Numbered from the stretch's first letter, positions 1-11,040 are shown. The stretch: DNA of 64,000 nucleotides from a candidate division FCPU426 bacterium (GCA_963771075.1 CAVYSE010000005.1:64001-128000), one strand, 5' to 3'. Made by a program: numbers and translations. Notes: generated by a model from the sequence alone, not told the origin.

Positions 1-743
1 CCATCCGCAAACAGGTGCCCGGCGAAGACCTGGTTTATTTCGGCGATACCGCCCGCATCCCCTACGGCAGCAAGAGCAAAGACACCATCATCCATTACAC
101 CCGCCAGATCATCCGATTTCTCATCCAAAAAGAGAAGGTCAAGGTCCTGGTCGTGGCCTGCAACACCTCCTCGGCTTGGGCCTTGCGGGAAATCCGTAGG
201 GAATTCGATATCCCCATTCTCGGAGTCATCAATCCGGGAGCCCAGGCGGCGGTGGAAGTAACCCGAAACGGCCGCATCGGCGTGATCGGCACCGAGGGAA
301 CCATTTATTCCGGCGCCTATCCGGATGCCATCCATTCCTTGGATCCGCGCCTGAAGGTTTACACCCAGGCTTGCCCCCTTTTAGTCCCCCTGGTGGAGGA
401 GGGGAAGCTATCCGGACTCGTGACCGAGACGGTCGCGAAAGAATATCTTCGTCCCCTTTTGCGATCTCGGGTGGATACCCTCTTGCTGGGATGCACCCAC
501 TATCCGCTCCTTAAACAAACGCTAAAAAAGATCGCAGGATCGAAGGTTCGCATCGTGGATTCGGCCGAGGAAACGGCCAAGAGCCTCAAGTTGAACCTGG
601 AGGCCTATGGGGCCGGATCTTCCGGACGGGGAAGCGCCAAGTTTTACGTCAGCGACCTTTCCCGGAAATTCAAGGAACATGCCCAGCGCTTCCTGGGCCG
701 CCATATCGCCAAGGTGGAAAAAATCTTCATCGAGAAGTATTAG
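1..743 (+). CDS. murI: Glutamate racemase (5' end outside window)
   Basis: Motifs YFGDTARIPYGSK, VVACNT, LLLGCTHYP; frame open at the window start. Confidence 0.95.
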   Translation, partial: IRKQVPGEDLVYFGDTARIPYGSKSKDTIIHYTRQIIRFLIQKEKVKVLVVACNTSSAWALREIRREFDIPILGVINPGAQAAVEVTRNGRIGVIGTEGTIYSGAYPDAIHSLDPRLKVYTQACPLLVPLVEEGKLSGLVTETVAKEYLRPLLRSRVDTLLLGCTHYPLLKQTLKKIAGSKVRIVDSAEETAKSLKLNLEAYGAGSSGRGSAKFYVSDLSRKFKEHAQRFLGRHIAKVEKIFIEKY

Positions 744-999
744 ATTTGTCCGAAAAAGGGGTACCCCGAAGACGGGAAGAAAAGAATTTTTTAAAGATCC
801 GTCTTTTCACCCTCTCCCACCCTCACCTGGATATCCGATTCTTCGTGCCGATCCTCAAACGGTTGGTTTAAACACAAATGAGGCGTTTCTTCGCGGTAAG
901 GGTTTATTGGGCTTGAGCCTTGATTGACATTGCCTTCTTTCAATTTACAATGAGAAACAAAATCGGAGGTTTCCCATCCACAAACGAATCCCCCTGCTC

Positions 1000-1704
1000 A
1001 TGGTTCTGTCCCTCATCGGTGGGTTTTTCCCGCTCTGGGCGGAAAAGGGCGAATTGGCCTCTTCCCCTACCAATTATGAGATGGTGGAGGCGCCGACCGC
1101 CTACGTGCTCATGCACGGCGGTTACGACATCGTCACCCGCGTCTACGACAATGGCGGGGTCTACGTGCGCGGCAACCTGGGTTTCAAGGATGTCTTCATG
1201 GTGGGATTTTCCTTGAACGGGGCCAATGTCATCGGCAACGGGGAAATCCAGGTGCAAATGCCTGAACTGGCCCTGAAGTTCAAGGCCCTCGACGAGAAAT
1301 CCGCCCCCTTTTCCCTCGCGGTGGCATGGGATAACCGGGGCTACGGGACGGAGAATAACGGGATCTTTTCCCCGGGCACCCAAAAGGGTTTTTATCTCGC
1401 TTGCAGCCGGGAATTCCCCGAGGCGGGTTATCTCCAGGCCCATTGGGGCCTGAATGTGGTCACCTTCAACCAGTTCGACTCCAGCCGGGATTTGGGGGCT
1501 TTTTTCGGAACCTCCTTCGCCGTTTGCCCCACCCTCATGTTCAACCTGGAGATGGATAAAATCTTGAACGATGACTGGCAATTCAACGGAAATTTCCTAT
1601 TTAATGTGGATAAGCCCTTGCGCGTGGGAATCGATTTCCGGGATATCAACCGGGGGGATCTCTTTTCCCGCATCATCCGAATTCAATACACCGGGTTTTT
1701 CTGA
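1000..1704 (+). CDS. Hypothetical exported/outer-membrane beta-rich protein (YjbH-like)
   Basis: Signal-like N-terminus, PTAYVL motif, alternating beta pattern, C-terminal F; start uncertain. Confidence 0.55.
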   Translation: MVLSLIGGFFPLWAEKGELASSPTNYEMVEAPTAYVLMHGGYDIVTRVYDNGGVYVRGNLGFKDVFMVGFSLNGANVIGNGEIQVQMPELALKFKALDEKSAPFSLAVAWDNRGYGTENNGIFSPGTQKGFYLACSREFPEAGYLQAHWGLNVVTFNQFDSSRDLGAFFGTSFAVCPTLMFNLEMDKILNDDWQFNGNFLFNVDKPLRVGIDFRDINRGDLFSRIIRIQYTGFF

Positions 1705-1730
1705 TCCTTCCCCGCGGCCAAAGGCGCTCC

Positions 1731-2268
1731 ATGAAAAAAATGATCCTGTTGTCCCTTTTGACGGTGTTCTTTGCCCTCGCGGGTTGCGGTTTCTCCCCCT
1801 CGATTGAGGTGATCCCGCCGGGAAGCCGGGAGAGGGCGCGGGAGTTCAAGGTGCAGGCGCTTCATAACTGGCACCCCGGTCTCCAGCTGGCGGAGTCTGA
1901 AAGGAAAGGTGGTCCTCCTGGTTTTCTGGGCCACCTGGTGCGGGCCCTGCCGTATGGAGATGCCGGAACTCATCCAGCTTTATGACAAGTACCACGCCCA
2001 AGGACTGGAGGTCCTCGGCCTTTCCACCGAGGTGCAGGACATGCGGCCCCAGGGTTATTTCAACGATTTCATCTCCAAAATGGGCGTCGATTATCCCATG
2101 GCGCTAGCCGGTACGGAAACGATCGCGGATTACGGAATCCAGGGGATTCCCGCGGTCTTCTTCATCGACAAAAAGGGAAAGGTCGCCCTCTCCTTCGTAG
2201 GGGTCCATCCGAAAGAGGATTTCATCTCGGTCATCGATCAGCTTTTGAAAGAGACGCCGGACCGCTGA
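1731..2268 (+). CDS. TlpA/ResA-family thiol-disulfide lipoprotein, frameshifted near 1870-1905
   Basis: Lipobox LAGC in ORF 1731; FWATWCGPCRMEMP in ORF 1909 (different frame). Confidence 0.8.
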
Positions 2269-2320
2269 ACACCCCGCCCTTTTGGGGTATAATTCAATAA
2301 CAGAAGGTTTGGAGGGCCCC

Positions 2321-2755
2321 ATGCCCGAAACCCAGGATAACGAGATTCGCGAGGGTTTTTTGAACCTGTACCGCGATCTTTTCAACCACGTGCCCTATTT
2401 GGAAACGGTCATCGAGCGTCTCCTGCACGACCAGCCCGTGGACCGGGCGATGTTGGAAAATCATTTGGCCCAAATGATCGCCTCGCTGGCGATGGCCCAA
2501 AAAAAGCTCACCCTCCCGCGTGGAACCCGGGCCGCGAAAAAAGGGAAGCCGGATTATTTCCGCAAGGAAATGCAGAAAGTTTCCAAGATTATCAAGGGCC
2601 AATTGGCCGTGCTTTTGAAAACCTCCTTCCTGGTGGATACCCGGGAAGCGGAGGAGGATTACCTGCAAACGCTCAGCGATGTCACGGACAATATCGCGGG
2701 CGCCTTTCAGCATGTGGTCCGTTCCAACGTGCTCATGCCGGTGATGCTTAATTAA
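2321..2755 (+). CDS. Hypothetical helical protein
   Basis: ORF with GGAGG RBS before ATG 2321, host-like codon usage. Confidence 0.65.
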   Translation: MPETQDNEIREGFLNLYRDLFNHVPYLETVIERLLHDQPVDRAMLENHLAQMIASLAMAQKKLTLPRGTRAAKKGKPDYFRKEMQKVSKIIKGQLAVLLKTSFLVDTREAEEDYLQTLSDVTDNIAGAFQHVVRSNVLMPVMLN

Positions 2756-2804
2756 ACAGGCTTTTCCAACCATGAAACGAACGACAAAAAGGGGAACGAT
2801 CGCG

Positions 2805-3260
2805 ATGGATTCGGTCAAGGAACGCCGCGCCGAGATGGACGCCTTCAGCCATTATCTCCGGGAAAAGGCGTTGAAACTGACGCCCCAGAGGTCGATGATC
2901 CTGACCACCCTGCTGGACCATCCGGGCCACATTTCGGCCGAGGAGTTGTTCCAAAGGGCCCGCGAGAAACAGCCGAACGTGGGGTTCGCCACCGTCTACC
3001 GCACGCTCAAGCACCTGACCCTTTGCGGCCTGGCCCGGGAGCTGGATTTCGGGGAGGGCCGGGTCAAATATGAGACCGAATTCAACCGCCAGCACCACGA
3101 CCACATGATTTGCACCTCCTGCGGGGTTTATATCGAGTTTTTGAATCCCCAGATCGAGGAACTGCAGGAGCAGGTGAGCCGCAAGCACGGGTTTAAGATT
3201 ACCTCCCACCGCATGCAGCTTTATGGGCTTTGCCAGAAGTGCCAGAAAACGAATAAATAA
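2805..3260 (+). CDS. fur: Fur-family transcriptional regulator
   Basis: TPQR, ATVYRTL, HHDHMICTSCG and C-terminal CxxC. Confidence 0.9.
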   Translation: MDSVKERRAEMDAFSHYLREKALKLTPQRSMILTTLLDHPGHISAEELFQRAREKQPNVGFATVYRTLKHLTLCGLARELDFGEGRVKYETEFNRQHHDHMICTSCGVYIEFLNPQIEELQEQVSRKHGFKITSHRMQLYGLCQKCQKTNK

Positions 3261-3292
3261 AACTCATTTCATTCCAAGTTGAGGAGACAACC

Positions 3293-3772
3293 ATGGTGGA
3301 TTTCCTTGTATCCCGCGCCACGCGCGACCGGCTTCAGGAGGAATTCAAGGGCCTTAAAACCGTGCGGCGGCCCCAGGTGGCCAGGGCGCTCGAGGAGGCC
3401 CGGGCCCATGGCGACCTGAAGGAAAACGCCGAGTATGACGCGGCCAAGCAGGAACAAAGCCTCCTGGAGGCCCGGATCCGGGAACTGGAGGACAAGCTTT
3501 CCCGCACCCGACTGCTGGAGGATGAGAACATCACCGGCGAGCATGTTTCCATCGGAACCTCGGTCACGGTGAAAGACCTCAAGAGCGGGTCCCAGGAGAT
3601 CTACCGCCTGGTGGGCGAGGAAGAGGCGGACATTCCCAACAACAAGATCTCCATCCGCACCCCCATCGCCCGGGGCATGATCGGCAAGAAGGTCGGGGAG
3701 AAGGTGGATATCCAGGTCCCGGCCGGTCTACTGAAATACGAGATCCTCAAGATAGACATTTCCTTCGATTAA
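3293..3772 (+). CDS. greA: Transcription elongation factor GreA
   Basis: ARAHGDLKENAEYDAAK signature; SIRTPIARGMIGK. Confidence 0.95.
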   Translation: MVDFLVSRATRDRLQEEFKGLKTVRRPQVARALEEARAHGDLKENAEYDAAKQEQSLLEARIRELEDKLSRTRLLEDENITGEHVSIGTSVTVKDLKSGSQEIYRLVGEEEADIPNNKISIRTPIARGMIGKKVGEKVDIQVPAGLLKYEILKIDISFD

Positions 3773-3865
3773 TTGGCAGGCTCTCCTAATTAAAAGAAGG
3801 GGGCGGGTTTACCCCGTCTTGACTTTAAAAAGGGGAGGCCGTTAAACTTCACGCACAATTGAATA

Positions 3866-3997
3866 CTCTTATCAAGAGTGGCGGAGGGACAGGCCCTGCG
3901 ATGCCACGGCAACCGATGCCCGGGTGAAAACCCGGGGATGCCAGGTGCCAATTCCTGCTTCGGTGCGATTTCCTATGAAACCGGGCGAAGATGAGAG
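3866..3997 (+). ncRNA. SAM-I (S-box) riboswitch
   Basis: CTCTTATCAAGAG..GGAGGGACAGGCCC..GGCAACC..GGTGCCAATTCC..AAGATGAGAG matches the S-box consensus. Confidence 0.93.
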
Positions 3998-4013
3998 ATG
4001 GAAAACCAGACGC

Positions 4014-4057
4014 AAAAAGGCTTCCATCTCACGGATGGAGGCCTTTTTTATTTTTTC
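4014..4057 (+). terminator. Riboswitch expression-platform intrinsic terminator
   Basis: AGGCTTCCATC-TCACG-GATGGAGGCCT hairpin followed by a T tract. Confidence 0.85.
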
Positions 4058-4290
4058 ACGAATGATTCGCAACCCCGAGTCCAAACCGGGGACGGGGAGT
4101 CCAAGAGTCCCTGCCCTTCATGGACACATTTAGAACTTTTTTGAGGAGAGATGGGCAAGCCAATTTCTCGTTTAAAGATTAATAACGAAAAATGGCTGCC
4201 CTGCATGGATGCATTTAGAACTAATGATGGAAATGGCCGGGGTGAAAGGTTCGAGTTTTTTAGCTGTTGAAGATAAATGGGGGAGAAACC

Positions 4291-5527
4291 ATGACCTACG
4301 TGAAGTCCTTAAAATGCCGTGAATGCGGGCAGGAATACGAAAAGACCGCGAAGTATGTCTGCGAGTTTTGCTTCGGCCCCCTGGAAGCGGCCTACGATTA
4401 CGACGGGATCAAGAAGGACTATTTCTCGCGAGAAGATCATCTCCCGCCCCACGAACATCTGGCGTTACCGTGAGTTCTTGCCCGTCGAGGGCGAGGTCTT
4501 CAACACCCTGGGCGAGGGCTATACGCCCCTCCTGAAGGCCGAAAGGCTGGGCCGGGAACTGGGCCTCTCCAACCTCTATCTCAAAAATGATTGCGCCAAT
4601 CCCACCCATTCGTTCAAGGATCGGGTGGTCGCGGTGGCATCCACCCGGGCCCTGGAATTGGGTTTTGACACCCTGGCCTGCGCCTCCACCGGCAACCTGG
4701 CCAACGCCGTGGCCGCCTACGGCGCCCGGGGCGGCATGAAGCGATTCGTGTTCATCCCCTCGAACCTGGAAAAAGGCAAGGTCATCGGGGCCCTGGTCTA
4801 TGACCCCAACCTGATCGGTGTGAACGGCAATTACGATGACGTCAACCGGCTATGTAGCGAGATCGCGGGAAAGTACAAATGGGCCTTCGTGAACATCAAC
4901 ATGAGGCCCTATTACGCGGAAGGTTCCAAGACGCTGGGCTATGAGACCTGCGAGCAGTTGGGATGGAAGGCGCCGGACCAGGTGGTGGTGCCGGTCGCGT
5001 CGGGGTCGCTCTTGACCAAGATCTGGAAGGGAACCCAGGAATTCGTCAAGACCGGTTTGATTTCTTCGGCCAGGATGAGGGTCTTCGGCGCGCAGGCGGA
5101 AGGTTGCTCGCCCGTGGCCACGGCCTTCAAGAACAAGACGGACACCTTCAAGCCCGTTAAACCCAACACCATCGCCAAATCGCTCGCCATCGGCAACCCC
5201 GCCGACGGTTATTACGCCTTGAAAACCATCGCCGAATCCAACGGGGCGGCCGAAATGGCTTCCGACCCGGAGATCATCGAGGGCATCAAGCTTTTGGCGC
5301 GTACCGAAGGCATCTTCGCCGAGACGGCGGGGGGAGTCACCATCGCCTGCCTGAAAAAACTGGCCGCCTCCGGCCAGTTGGACCCGGACGCCTTGACCGT
5401 GGCCTATATTACGGGAACGGGGCTCAAGACCCAGGAAGCGGTGGCGGAACATTTGGGCGAAGTGAAGGTGATCCAGCCCAACCTGGAAGCTTTCGAGGCC
5501 ACCCTGCGGGTTCCCGCCGGCGTTTAA
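4291..5527 (+). CDS. thrC: Threonine synthase-like PLP enzyme with N-terminal Zn ribbon; frameshift near 4415
   Basis: CRECG..CEFC in the first frame; NPTHSFKDR, CASTGN in ORF 4319; RBS before ATG 4291. Confidence 0.85.
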
Positions 5528-5552
5528 AGCCACCGGTTTGAAATACCCGGTC

Positions 5553-6416
5553 CTAAAAAGCCGCCAGTTCCAATCCGCAATCGTTGCATTTGCCCTTTTC
5601 CAGGCTGTACTCCACCTCGCACCTCGGGCAATAGCTTTTCTGGGTAGGTTGGGAGGGTCGGGGGGTGGGTAGGCTCGCCTGGTAGTTCAAACCCTCCTGA
5701 ACCAGCCAAAATCGCAATAGCCTCAATTCTGCCCGAGGGTCCTTGGCCAATAAAACCGGGCTGTCCTTGGGCGCCTGCGGGTGGATGGCGGGGTATTTCA
5801 ACTCCAGCATCCAACGGCGGTAAAAACGGTTGCGTTCCTCCTCCCCCAATAAAACCATGGCCACCGCGAAGGGGTGATAGGGCGAAAAAAGCTTTTCCCC
5901 CAGCAGGTCCATGGCACGGGAGGACTGCCAGGGCGAAAAGAGGCAAAGAAGCAGGTTTTTCCAACGACTGCCCGGGTCGTCCGGGAAAAGTTCCCGATGG
6001 GCCTGGTCGAAAAAAAAGATCAAGGAAAAATGCAGGCCCAAGAAAAGGGCCATCAGAAAAAGCCATATCAGCCAGGTCCCCCACCCGAGCTCATAAAACA
6101 GGATGGCCGTCACAACGATTGTCAGCATGGCTTGGGAAAGCGTTCGAAGCCTTTTCGCTTTTTGGCCATAGGTATTCCACAGGTCTCGGGCTTCCTCCCA
6201 ATGAAGGCTGGTGGGAGGGAGTGGGCTCCCGGGGGTTGGAAAACGGTAGGCGTAACCCAGGGAAATAGGATTTCGGAAACCCAGCAGAGGACCCCGGCTC
6301 AATGAAAACCGGTTCCACCAGGAAAGCATCAGCCATCCTCCGGGGGGAACCAGGATCAGGCATTCAATCAGGTAAAGGGCAACGATGAAAAAAAGGTATA
6401 GGTTGAAGTGGATCAA
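5553..6416 (-). CDS. Hypothetical membrane protein with C-terminal CxxC..CxxC
   Basis: 287-aa ORF, several TM segments, YCPRC...CNDC. Confidence 0.65.
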   Translation of the reverse strand: MIHFNLYLFFIVALYLIECLILVPPGGWLMLSWWNRFSLSRGPLLGFRNPISLGYAYRFPTPGSPLPPTSLHWEEARDLWNTYGQKAKRLRTLSQAMLTIVVTAILFYELGWGTWLIWLFLMALFLGLHFSLIFFFDQAHRELFPDDPGSRWKNLLLCLFSPWQSSRAMDLLGEKLFSPYHPFAVAMVLLGEEERNRFYRRWMLELKYPAIHPQAPKDSPVLLAKDPRAELRLLRFWLVQEGLNYQASLPTPRPSQPTQKSYCPRCEVEYSLEKGKCNDCGLELAAF

Positions 6417-6501
6417 GGAAAGCCTTTAAAACGCATCATGACCGCGGAGGCGCGGAAACACGGATGAAAGAATCTGGGATTTAAGACTTTCAAGGCTTTT
6501 T

Positions 6502-7395
6502 TTATTTGATCACCGTCGGGGGTTGGTCGGAGTCGTCCTTTTCCCCGGAGATGGGACCTTTTTTTTGGCCCCCGCCAAAGAGTTTCTTGAAGAAGGCGCC
6601 GATGCCCGCCACGAGGGCCACGATCAAGGCCTTGGCCTTGGCCAGGAGCACCAGGATCATCCCCCCCAGTTTTCCCAAAAGGCCCGTCTTGGCCGCGAGG
6701 GCGCCGCCCCCGCCCAATACCAGGGCCGCCAGGCCGATCTCAGCCACCTTGTCGCCGGTCGTCCATTCGGCGTATTTGTTGCCGGCCGTGAAATCGAAGC
6801 TTTTCACGTCCTCGTTGAACCGGGCCATCACCGCGTCCATGTTGGCGTTGGGCACCAGGGTCACCACCATCACGCCCTTGCGGCCCAGAAACTTAGTGTG
6901 GTAATTGATGAATTGGCCGGATTTATCCTTCAAAATTTCGCCCCACTCCAAGCGGTGGGTTTCGGGGTTGTATTGGGGTTTTAACTGCCAGTCCACGAGT
7001 TCCATGGTGTCCCAGCCCTTGTCCGTCCTTTCCTTGTTCGCGTCCTCGTTGTTTTTCACCATGGCGGCCCACATCTTGTCCGCGTCCAGCTTTTCCTTGT
7101 CGGCGTCCTTGACGTAGCCTACGTCATCGAAGCTGAAGAGGGCCATGTATCCGTCGCCCTTGTCCTTCCGGATCAACACGCCCAGGTCCCTGTCTGAATA
7201 GAAATTATGGGTCTTGTCCATGAATTCCTTCAGGTCCTTTTGCTGGATGAAGTAATAGCCCTCGGGCACCTGGACTTGGCCAATCTCGCCCAATTTACCC
7301 ATGGCGGGGCCCTTGACGGGCTGGATCTCGGCCAGCAGGGGGGCGGACCAAAGGAATATCAGGCTGAGGACGACGAAATTTGTTTTGGAGATCAT
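6502..7395 (-). CDS. DUF2167-family membrane-anchored protein
   Basis: GYVKDAD, LGRKGV, Y..GDKVAEIGLAALVLGG..AAKTGLL. Confidence 0.85.
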   Translation of the reverse strand: MISKTNFVVLSLIFLWSAPLLAEIQPVKGPAMGKLGEIGQVQVPEGYYFIQQKDLKEFMDKTHNFYSDRDLGVLIRKDKGDGYMALFSFDDVGYVKDADKEKLDADKMWAAMVKNNEDANKERTDKGWDTMELVDWQLKPQYNPETHRLEWGEILKDKSGQFINYHTKFLGRKGVMVVTLVPNANMDAVMARFNEDVKSFDFTAGNKYAEWTTGDKVAEIGLAALVLGGGGALAAKTGLLGKLGGMILVLLAKAKALIVALVAGIGAFFKKLFGGGQKKGPISGEKDDSDQPPTVIK

Positions 7396-7571
7396 TGGAT
7401 TCCTTCCCAGGGTTTTAAACGCAACGGGCCATAGTATAAGAGAAAGAGGTCCGAAAAGGGCCTGTCTTGGGGCCTGTGAGGGATAACGGGTAGGTTAAAT
7501 TTAATTGATTTGCCCCATGTTCCGTGGTTGTTTAATAGGCGCGTTGAAACAACTTCGTCACGGGAGATCCC

Positions 7572-8393
7572 ATGGAAAGTCTGCCGAAAATAGCCCAGCT
7601 TCTCGCGGAAATCAAAAACAAAAAGCCCCTGGTACACCACCTTACCAATTATGTCACGGTCAACGATTGCGCCAACATCGTGCTGGCCCTGGGCGCCTCG
7701 CCGGTCATGGCGGACGACGAGGGGGAGGTGGCCCAGATGGTGGGGCTGGCCTCGGCCCTGGTCTTGAACATCGGCACGCTCAATGACCGGACCATCCGGT
7801 CCATGCTGGTGGCGGGCAAAAAAGCCAATGAGAAAGGGATTCCCGTTGTCCTCGACCCGGTGGGCGCGGGGGCCACTAACTTGAGGACCGAGACCGCCGC
7901 CCGATTCCTGAAGGTCATCCAATTGGCGGTGCTTCGGGGCAATATGTCGGAGATTAAGACCCTCAGCGGGGTGGGGGGAGCCACCAAGGGGGTGGATTCG
8001 ACCGCCGATTCCGCCGGAGGGCGGGAGATGGCGGTGGAGATGGCCCGGAAATACAAGTGCGTGGTCGCCATCACGGGTGCGCAGGACATCATTACGGATG
8101 GAACCCGGTTGGCTTTGATCGACAACGGCCACCCCGCCTTGTCCCAGGTGACGGGAACGGGTTGCATGGCCACCTCCCTGGTGGGCTGTTTTTGCGGGGC
8201 GACCAGCGATTATTACCTGGCGGCTTGCGGGGGGATCATGGCCATGGGCCTGGCGGGGGAGTGGGCTCAGGGAGACATGAAACTGGGCCGTGGAATCGGG
8301 ACCTTCCGGGTGAATCTCATGGACGCGATATCCCAAATGACCCCGGAAGATTTCATCAAGGGCGGCAAGATCAGCGAAGGAACAGCCAATTGA
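7572..8393 (+). CDS. thiM: Hydroxyethylthiazole kinase
   Basis: PLVHHLTNYVTVNDCAN, LDPVGAGAT, VTGTGC. Confidence 0.95.
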   Translation: MESLPKIAQLLAEIKNKKPLVHHLTNYVTVNDCANIVLALGASPVMADDEGEVAQMVGLASALVLNIGTLNDRTIRSMLVAGKKANEKGIPVVLDPVGAGATNLRTETAARFLKVIQLAVLRGNMSEIKTLSGVGGATKGVDSTADSAGGREMAVEMARKYKCVVAITGAQDIITDGTRLALIDNGHPALSQVTGTGCMATSLVGCFCGATSDYYLAACGGIMAMGLAGEWAQGDMKLGRGIGTFRVNLMDAISQMTPEDFIKGGKISEGTAN

Positions 8394-8465
8394 GGAGCGG
8401 CGCAAACCATGGGAGCAGGTCAGGTATTTACTGGAAAATGAATCGTTTATTCTGGGGAGAGTTAT

Positions 8466-8493
8466 TGACCATGACGGGGACCCGTCGTGGACA
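8466..8493 (+). repeat. 28-bp palindromic cassette site, copy 1
   Basis: TGACCATGACGGGGACCCGTCGTGGACA. Confidence 0.85.
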
Positions 8494-8603
8494 TGGGAAA
8501 TAACTCGTTTTAACCCCGATTAGGACAGAACTTTTACCCCTCCTGTTTCGTCCTATAATTATCCAGGTGTTTGTAGTCTCGTTTTCGGGAAAGAGGTAAA
8601 GCT

Positions 8604-9419
8604 ATGAAACCAACCCATGGTTTTCCAAGTCTGTTAAAAATGGCTTTAACCTTGGCGGTTGCCTTTTTATTCAGCGGATGCGCGCAAAATCCCATGCCGC
8701 CCCTCTTCAGCCTTTACGGCTACCAGCGCCTGGCCATCATCCCCTTTGACAACAAAACGCAGGACCCGGCCTTGGCCGACGCCCTCCAGGATGAAATGGC
8801 CAGTGAGATCGTGAACCTCAACGCCCTTCCCGTCATTGAGGCGGGGCAGGTGGCGGCCTACCTGAAGTCCATCGGGGCAAAGGCTTCCGACGTGCCTACG
8901 GATCATGGATTGCGGCAACAAATCGCCCAATATTTCAAATGCGACATCTTCTTATTGGGCACAGCCGATGGATATACCGAGTTACTCAAGGATGAGGCGC
9001 CCCAAAGGTCGGACTTGGGGTGGGGCTTTTACACGGACCGCAAGGTGGTCATCACCAACAGCGCCAAGCTGATGGACCCGGCCAGTGGCGGCATCCTCTG
9101 GTTCCGAAACAAGAACTGGGGCGCCAGTTGGCACAACACATGGAACCCCCTTCCCGTTCCGCAAACAGTGGTTCTTCCGGGTCTGTTGGGCCAATTCGTC
9201 GACCTGGCTAACATGGTGTTAAACCGGGTGGACCACAATGTGGATGTTGAGCCTCCCACGGTCGACGAAACCTATTCCGGCAGCCCGATCTACACCCAAA
9301 GCAGGGCTTTTGCCAGGCAACGCCAGAAGGCCATTGTCGCCACGGTGAATTCCCTGGTGGATGACTTCCAGGGCCATTACAACTGGACGCCGGGGTTAAG
9401 GACCAACAACAACCAATAA
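8604..9419 (+). CDS. Lipoprotein (cassette gene)
   Basis: Lipobox FSGC; RLAIIPFDNKT resembles CsgG/GNA1162-type lipoproteins. Confidence 0.7.
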   Translation: MKPTHGFPSLLKMALTLAVAFLFSGCAQNPMPPLFSLYGYQRLAIIPFDNKTQDPALADALQDEMASEIVNLNALPVIEAGQVAAYLKSIGAKASDVPTDHGLRQQIAQYFKCDIFLLGTADGYTELLKDEAPQRSDLGWGFYTDRKVVITNSAKLMDPASGGILWFRNKNWGASWHNTWNPLPVPQTVVLPGLLGQFVDLANMVLNRVDHNVDVEPPTVDETYSGSPIYTQSRAFARQRQKAIVATVNSLVDDFQGHYNWTPGLRTNNNQ

Positions 9420-9556
9420 GGCCGCAAGTGCGGGAAATCCGGTTACCGATTCCCTTCGGAAAACAATGAAAAAATGGTATTGATTTGTCCGGGATGTGAA
9501 GCTGTTTCAAGAATTGGAACAGGGGATTTTAGCGGGACACATTGGAATTCAGAAAT

Positions 9557-10372
9557 ATGAATAAAATCCCACAAACCGTATTGAAAGCATTCAATGTTGA
9601 AGCGGAAACGCAATTGTTGGATGGCGGCCAAGGTGAATCTTTTCGGGCGGGTAACATTGTCCTGAAACCAGCCCTCCTCGAAGCCGAATGGCTTGCCGAA
9701 AACCTTAAAGACTTAAAAGAAGATGGTTTCAGAATCCCAAGGCCCGTTTCAACAAGGGATGGGAAGTGGATCTTTGATCGATGGTGCGCCTGGACTTTTA
9801 TTTATGGCCGGCATGATCCCACGCGTGTGCAAGAGATAGTCCAAACCGCGAAGGTGTTTAATGCTTCGCTCAAGGGGTTTTCCAGGCCGGATTTTCTGGA
9901 TCAACGGCAGGATCCTTGGGCCATAGCGGATCGAATGGCATGGGGTGAGATTCCAATAGCTTGCCACCCCTCCCTTATGGTACCGATCAATAGAATTTCC
10001 GAACTTTTAAAACCGATTGATCTGCCGAGCCAGCTTATCCACTGTGATCTTATCGGCAACGTTCTTTTTGAGGATGAACATGCACCTGGAGTCATTGATT
10101 TTTCCCTTAACTGGCGGCCTCCCGATTATTCCCTCGCCATTATTGTGGTTGACGCAATGAACTGGAATGGCGCTGATGAATCAGTTCTGCGATATATTGG
10201 TGATGTTCCTGATTTTTTTCAGCTTTTGATCAGAGCCCAAATATTCCGCCTGGCTGTTTTGGAAGGATTTCGTCAAAGAGGGGCGGACATATCCCGAGGA
10301 ATAAGAGGAGAAGAAAGAACCGTTGAACTGATATGCGGAAAGCTCAAAGATAAATACCACAAAACTGCTTAA
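9557..10372 (+). CDS. Aminoglycoside-phosphotransferase-like kinase (cassette gene)
   Basis: LDGGQG, HCDLIGNVLF, VIDFS motifs. Confidence 0.8.
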   Translation: MNKIPQTVLKAFNVEAETQLLDGGQGESFRAGNIVLKPALLEAEWLAENLKDLKEDGFRIPRPVSTRDGKWIFDRWCAWTFIYGRHDPTRVQEIVQTAKVFNASLKGFSRPDFLDQRQDPWAIADRMAWGEIPIACHPSLMVPINRISELLKPIDLPSQLIHCDLIGNVLFEDEHAPGVIDFSLNWRPPDYSLAIIVVDAMNWNGADESVLRYIGDVPDFFQLLIRAQIFRLAVLEGFRQRGADISRGIRGEERTVELICGKLKDKYHKTA

Positions 10373-10378
10373 GTAGGT

Positions 10379-10406
10379 TGTCCGCGACGGGGACCCATCG
10401 CGAACA
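10379..10406 (+). repeat. 28-bp palindromic cassette site
   Basis: TGTCCGCGACGGGGACCCATCGCGAACA, 6 nt after a stop codon. Confidence 0.9.
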
Positions 10407-10453
10407 TCTAATGTGGGTTGGAGTTATACGATGGGCTATCGTATAATTAAGCT

Positions 10454-10669
10454 ATGAAAGTCACCGCGCTATTACCCGATAAACTAGTACGGGAAGTCCA
10501 AGGTTTTGCCAAAGGCAAAAACCTCACGGAATCGCTCGTCAAAGCATTATCGGAATGGAACCAACAACAAAAAATCAGGGATTTGAATCAACTGGTTCTT
10601 GAGCATCCCCTGGGTTTCTCCAAAACTTTTTCCGCCCCTCGCGTTCGAGCCAAAAACAGAAAATCATGA
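10454..10669 (+). CDS. vapB: VapB-like antitoxin (DUF2191-like)
   Basis: Short RHH-like ORF overlapping the PIN gene (ATGA); palindrome TTATACGAT..ATCGTATAA upstream. Confidence 0.75.
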   Translation: MKVTALLPDKLVREVQGFAKGKNLTESLVKALSEWNQQQKIRDLNQLVLEHPLGFSKTFSAPRVRAKNRKS

Positions 10670-11040
10670 TCCTTGTCGATACCTCCATTTGGGTGGAGTT
10701 TCTCAAGGGGCATCAACCCTATTTTGATCAAATGAAACAATTGTTGGAGGAACGCCAAGTCCTTGCGGTCGAACCTGTTTTCGGCGAATTGCTCCAAGGA
10801 GCTAAAGATGACCGTGAAAGGCGGATTCTTCAGGGATTTTGGGAAAATCTTCCCAAAAATAAAATACAGGATGCCTGGGTGAAGGCGGGGGAATTATCCT
10901 CCCGAAAAAAATGGAGTGATCGCGGAATCGGATTGATCGACGTGGTCTTGATTATTTCCTCTCGGGATTCAAACGCAAAGATTTGGTCTTTAGATAAGAA
11001 GTTAAATAGCGTATTGCACAAGAATGAGATTTTTGAATAG
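10666..11040 (+). CDS. vapC: VapC PIN-domain toxin
   Basis: MILVDTSIW, ELLQGA, IGLID, WSLDK. Confidence 0.9.
   Translation: MILVDTSIWVEFLKGHQPYFDQMKQLLEERQVLAVEPVFGELLQGAKDDRERRILQGFWENLPKNKIQDAWVKAGELSSRKKWSDRGIGLIDVVLIISSRDSNAKIWSLDKKLNSVLHKNEIFE

Noticed and set aside
7400..7571. TPP riboswitch upstream of thiM
   Set aside because: The conserved CTGAGA and ACCTGA..GTAAT..CGNAGG elements are not recognisable.
9486..9513. Possible extra cassette site between the lipoprotein and kinase genes
   Set aside because: Only a partial left arm (TGTCCGGGATG) matches; too weak to count, although the position fits.
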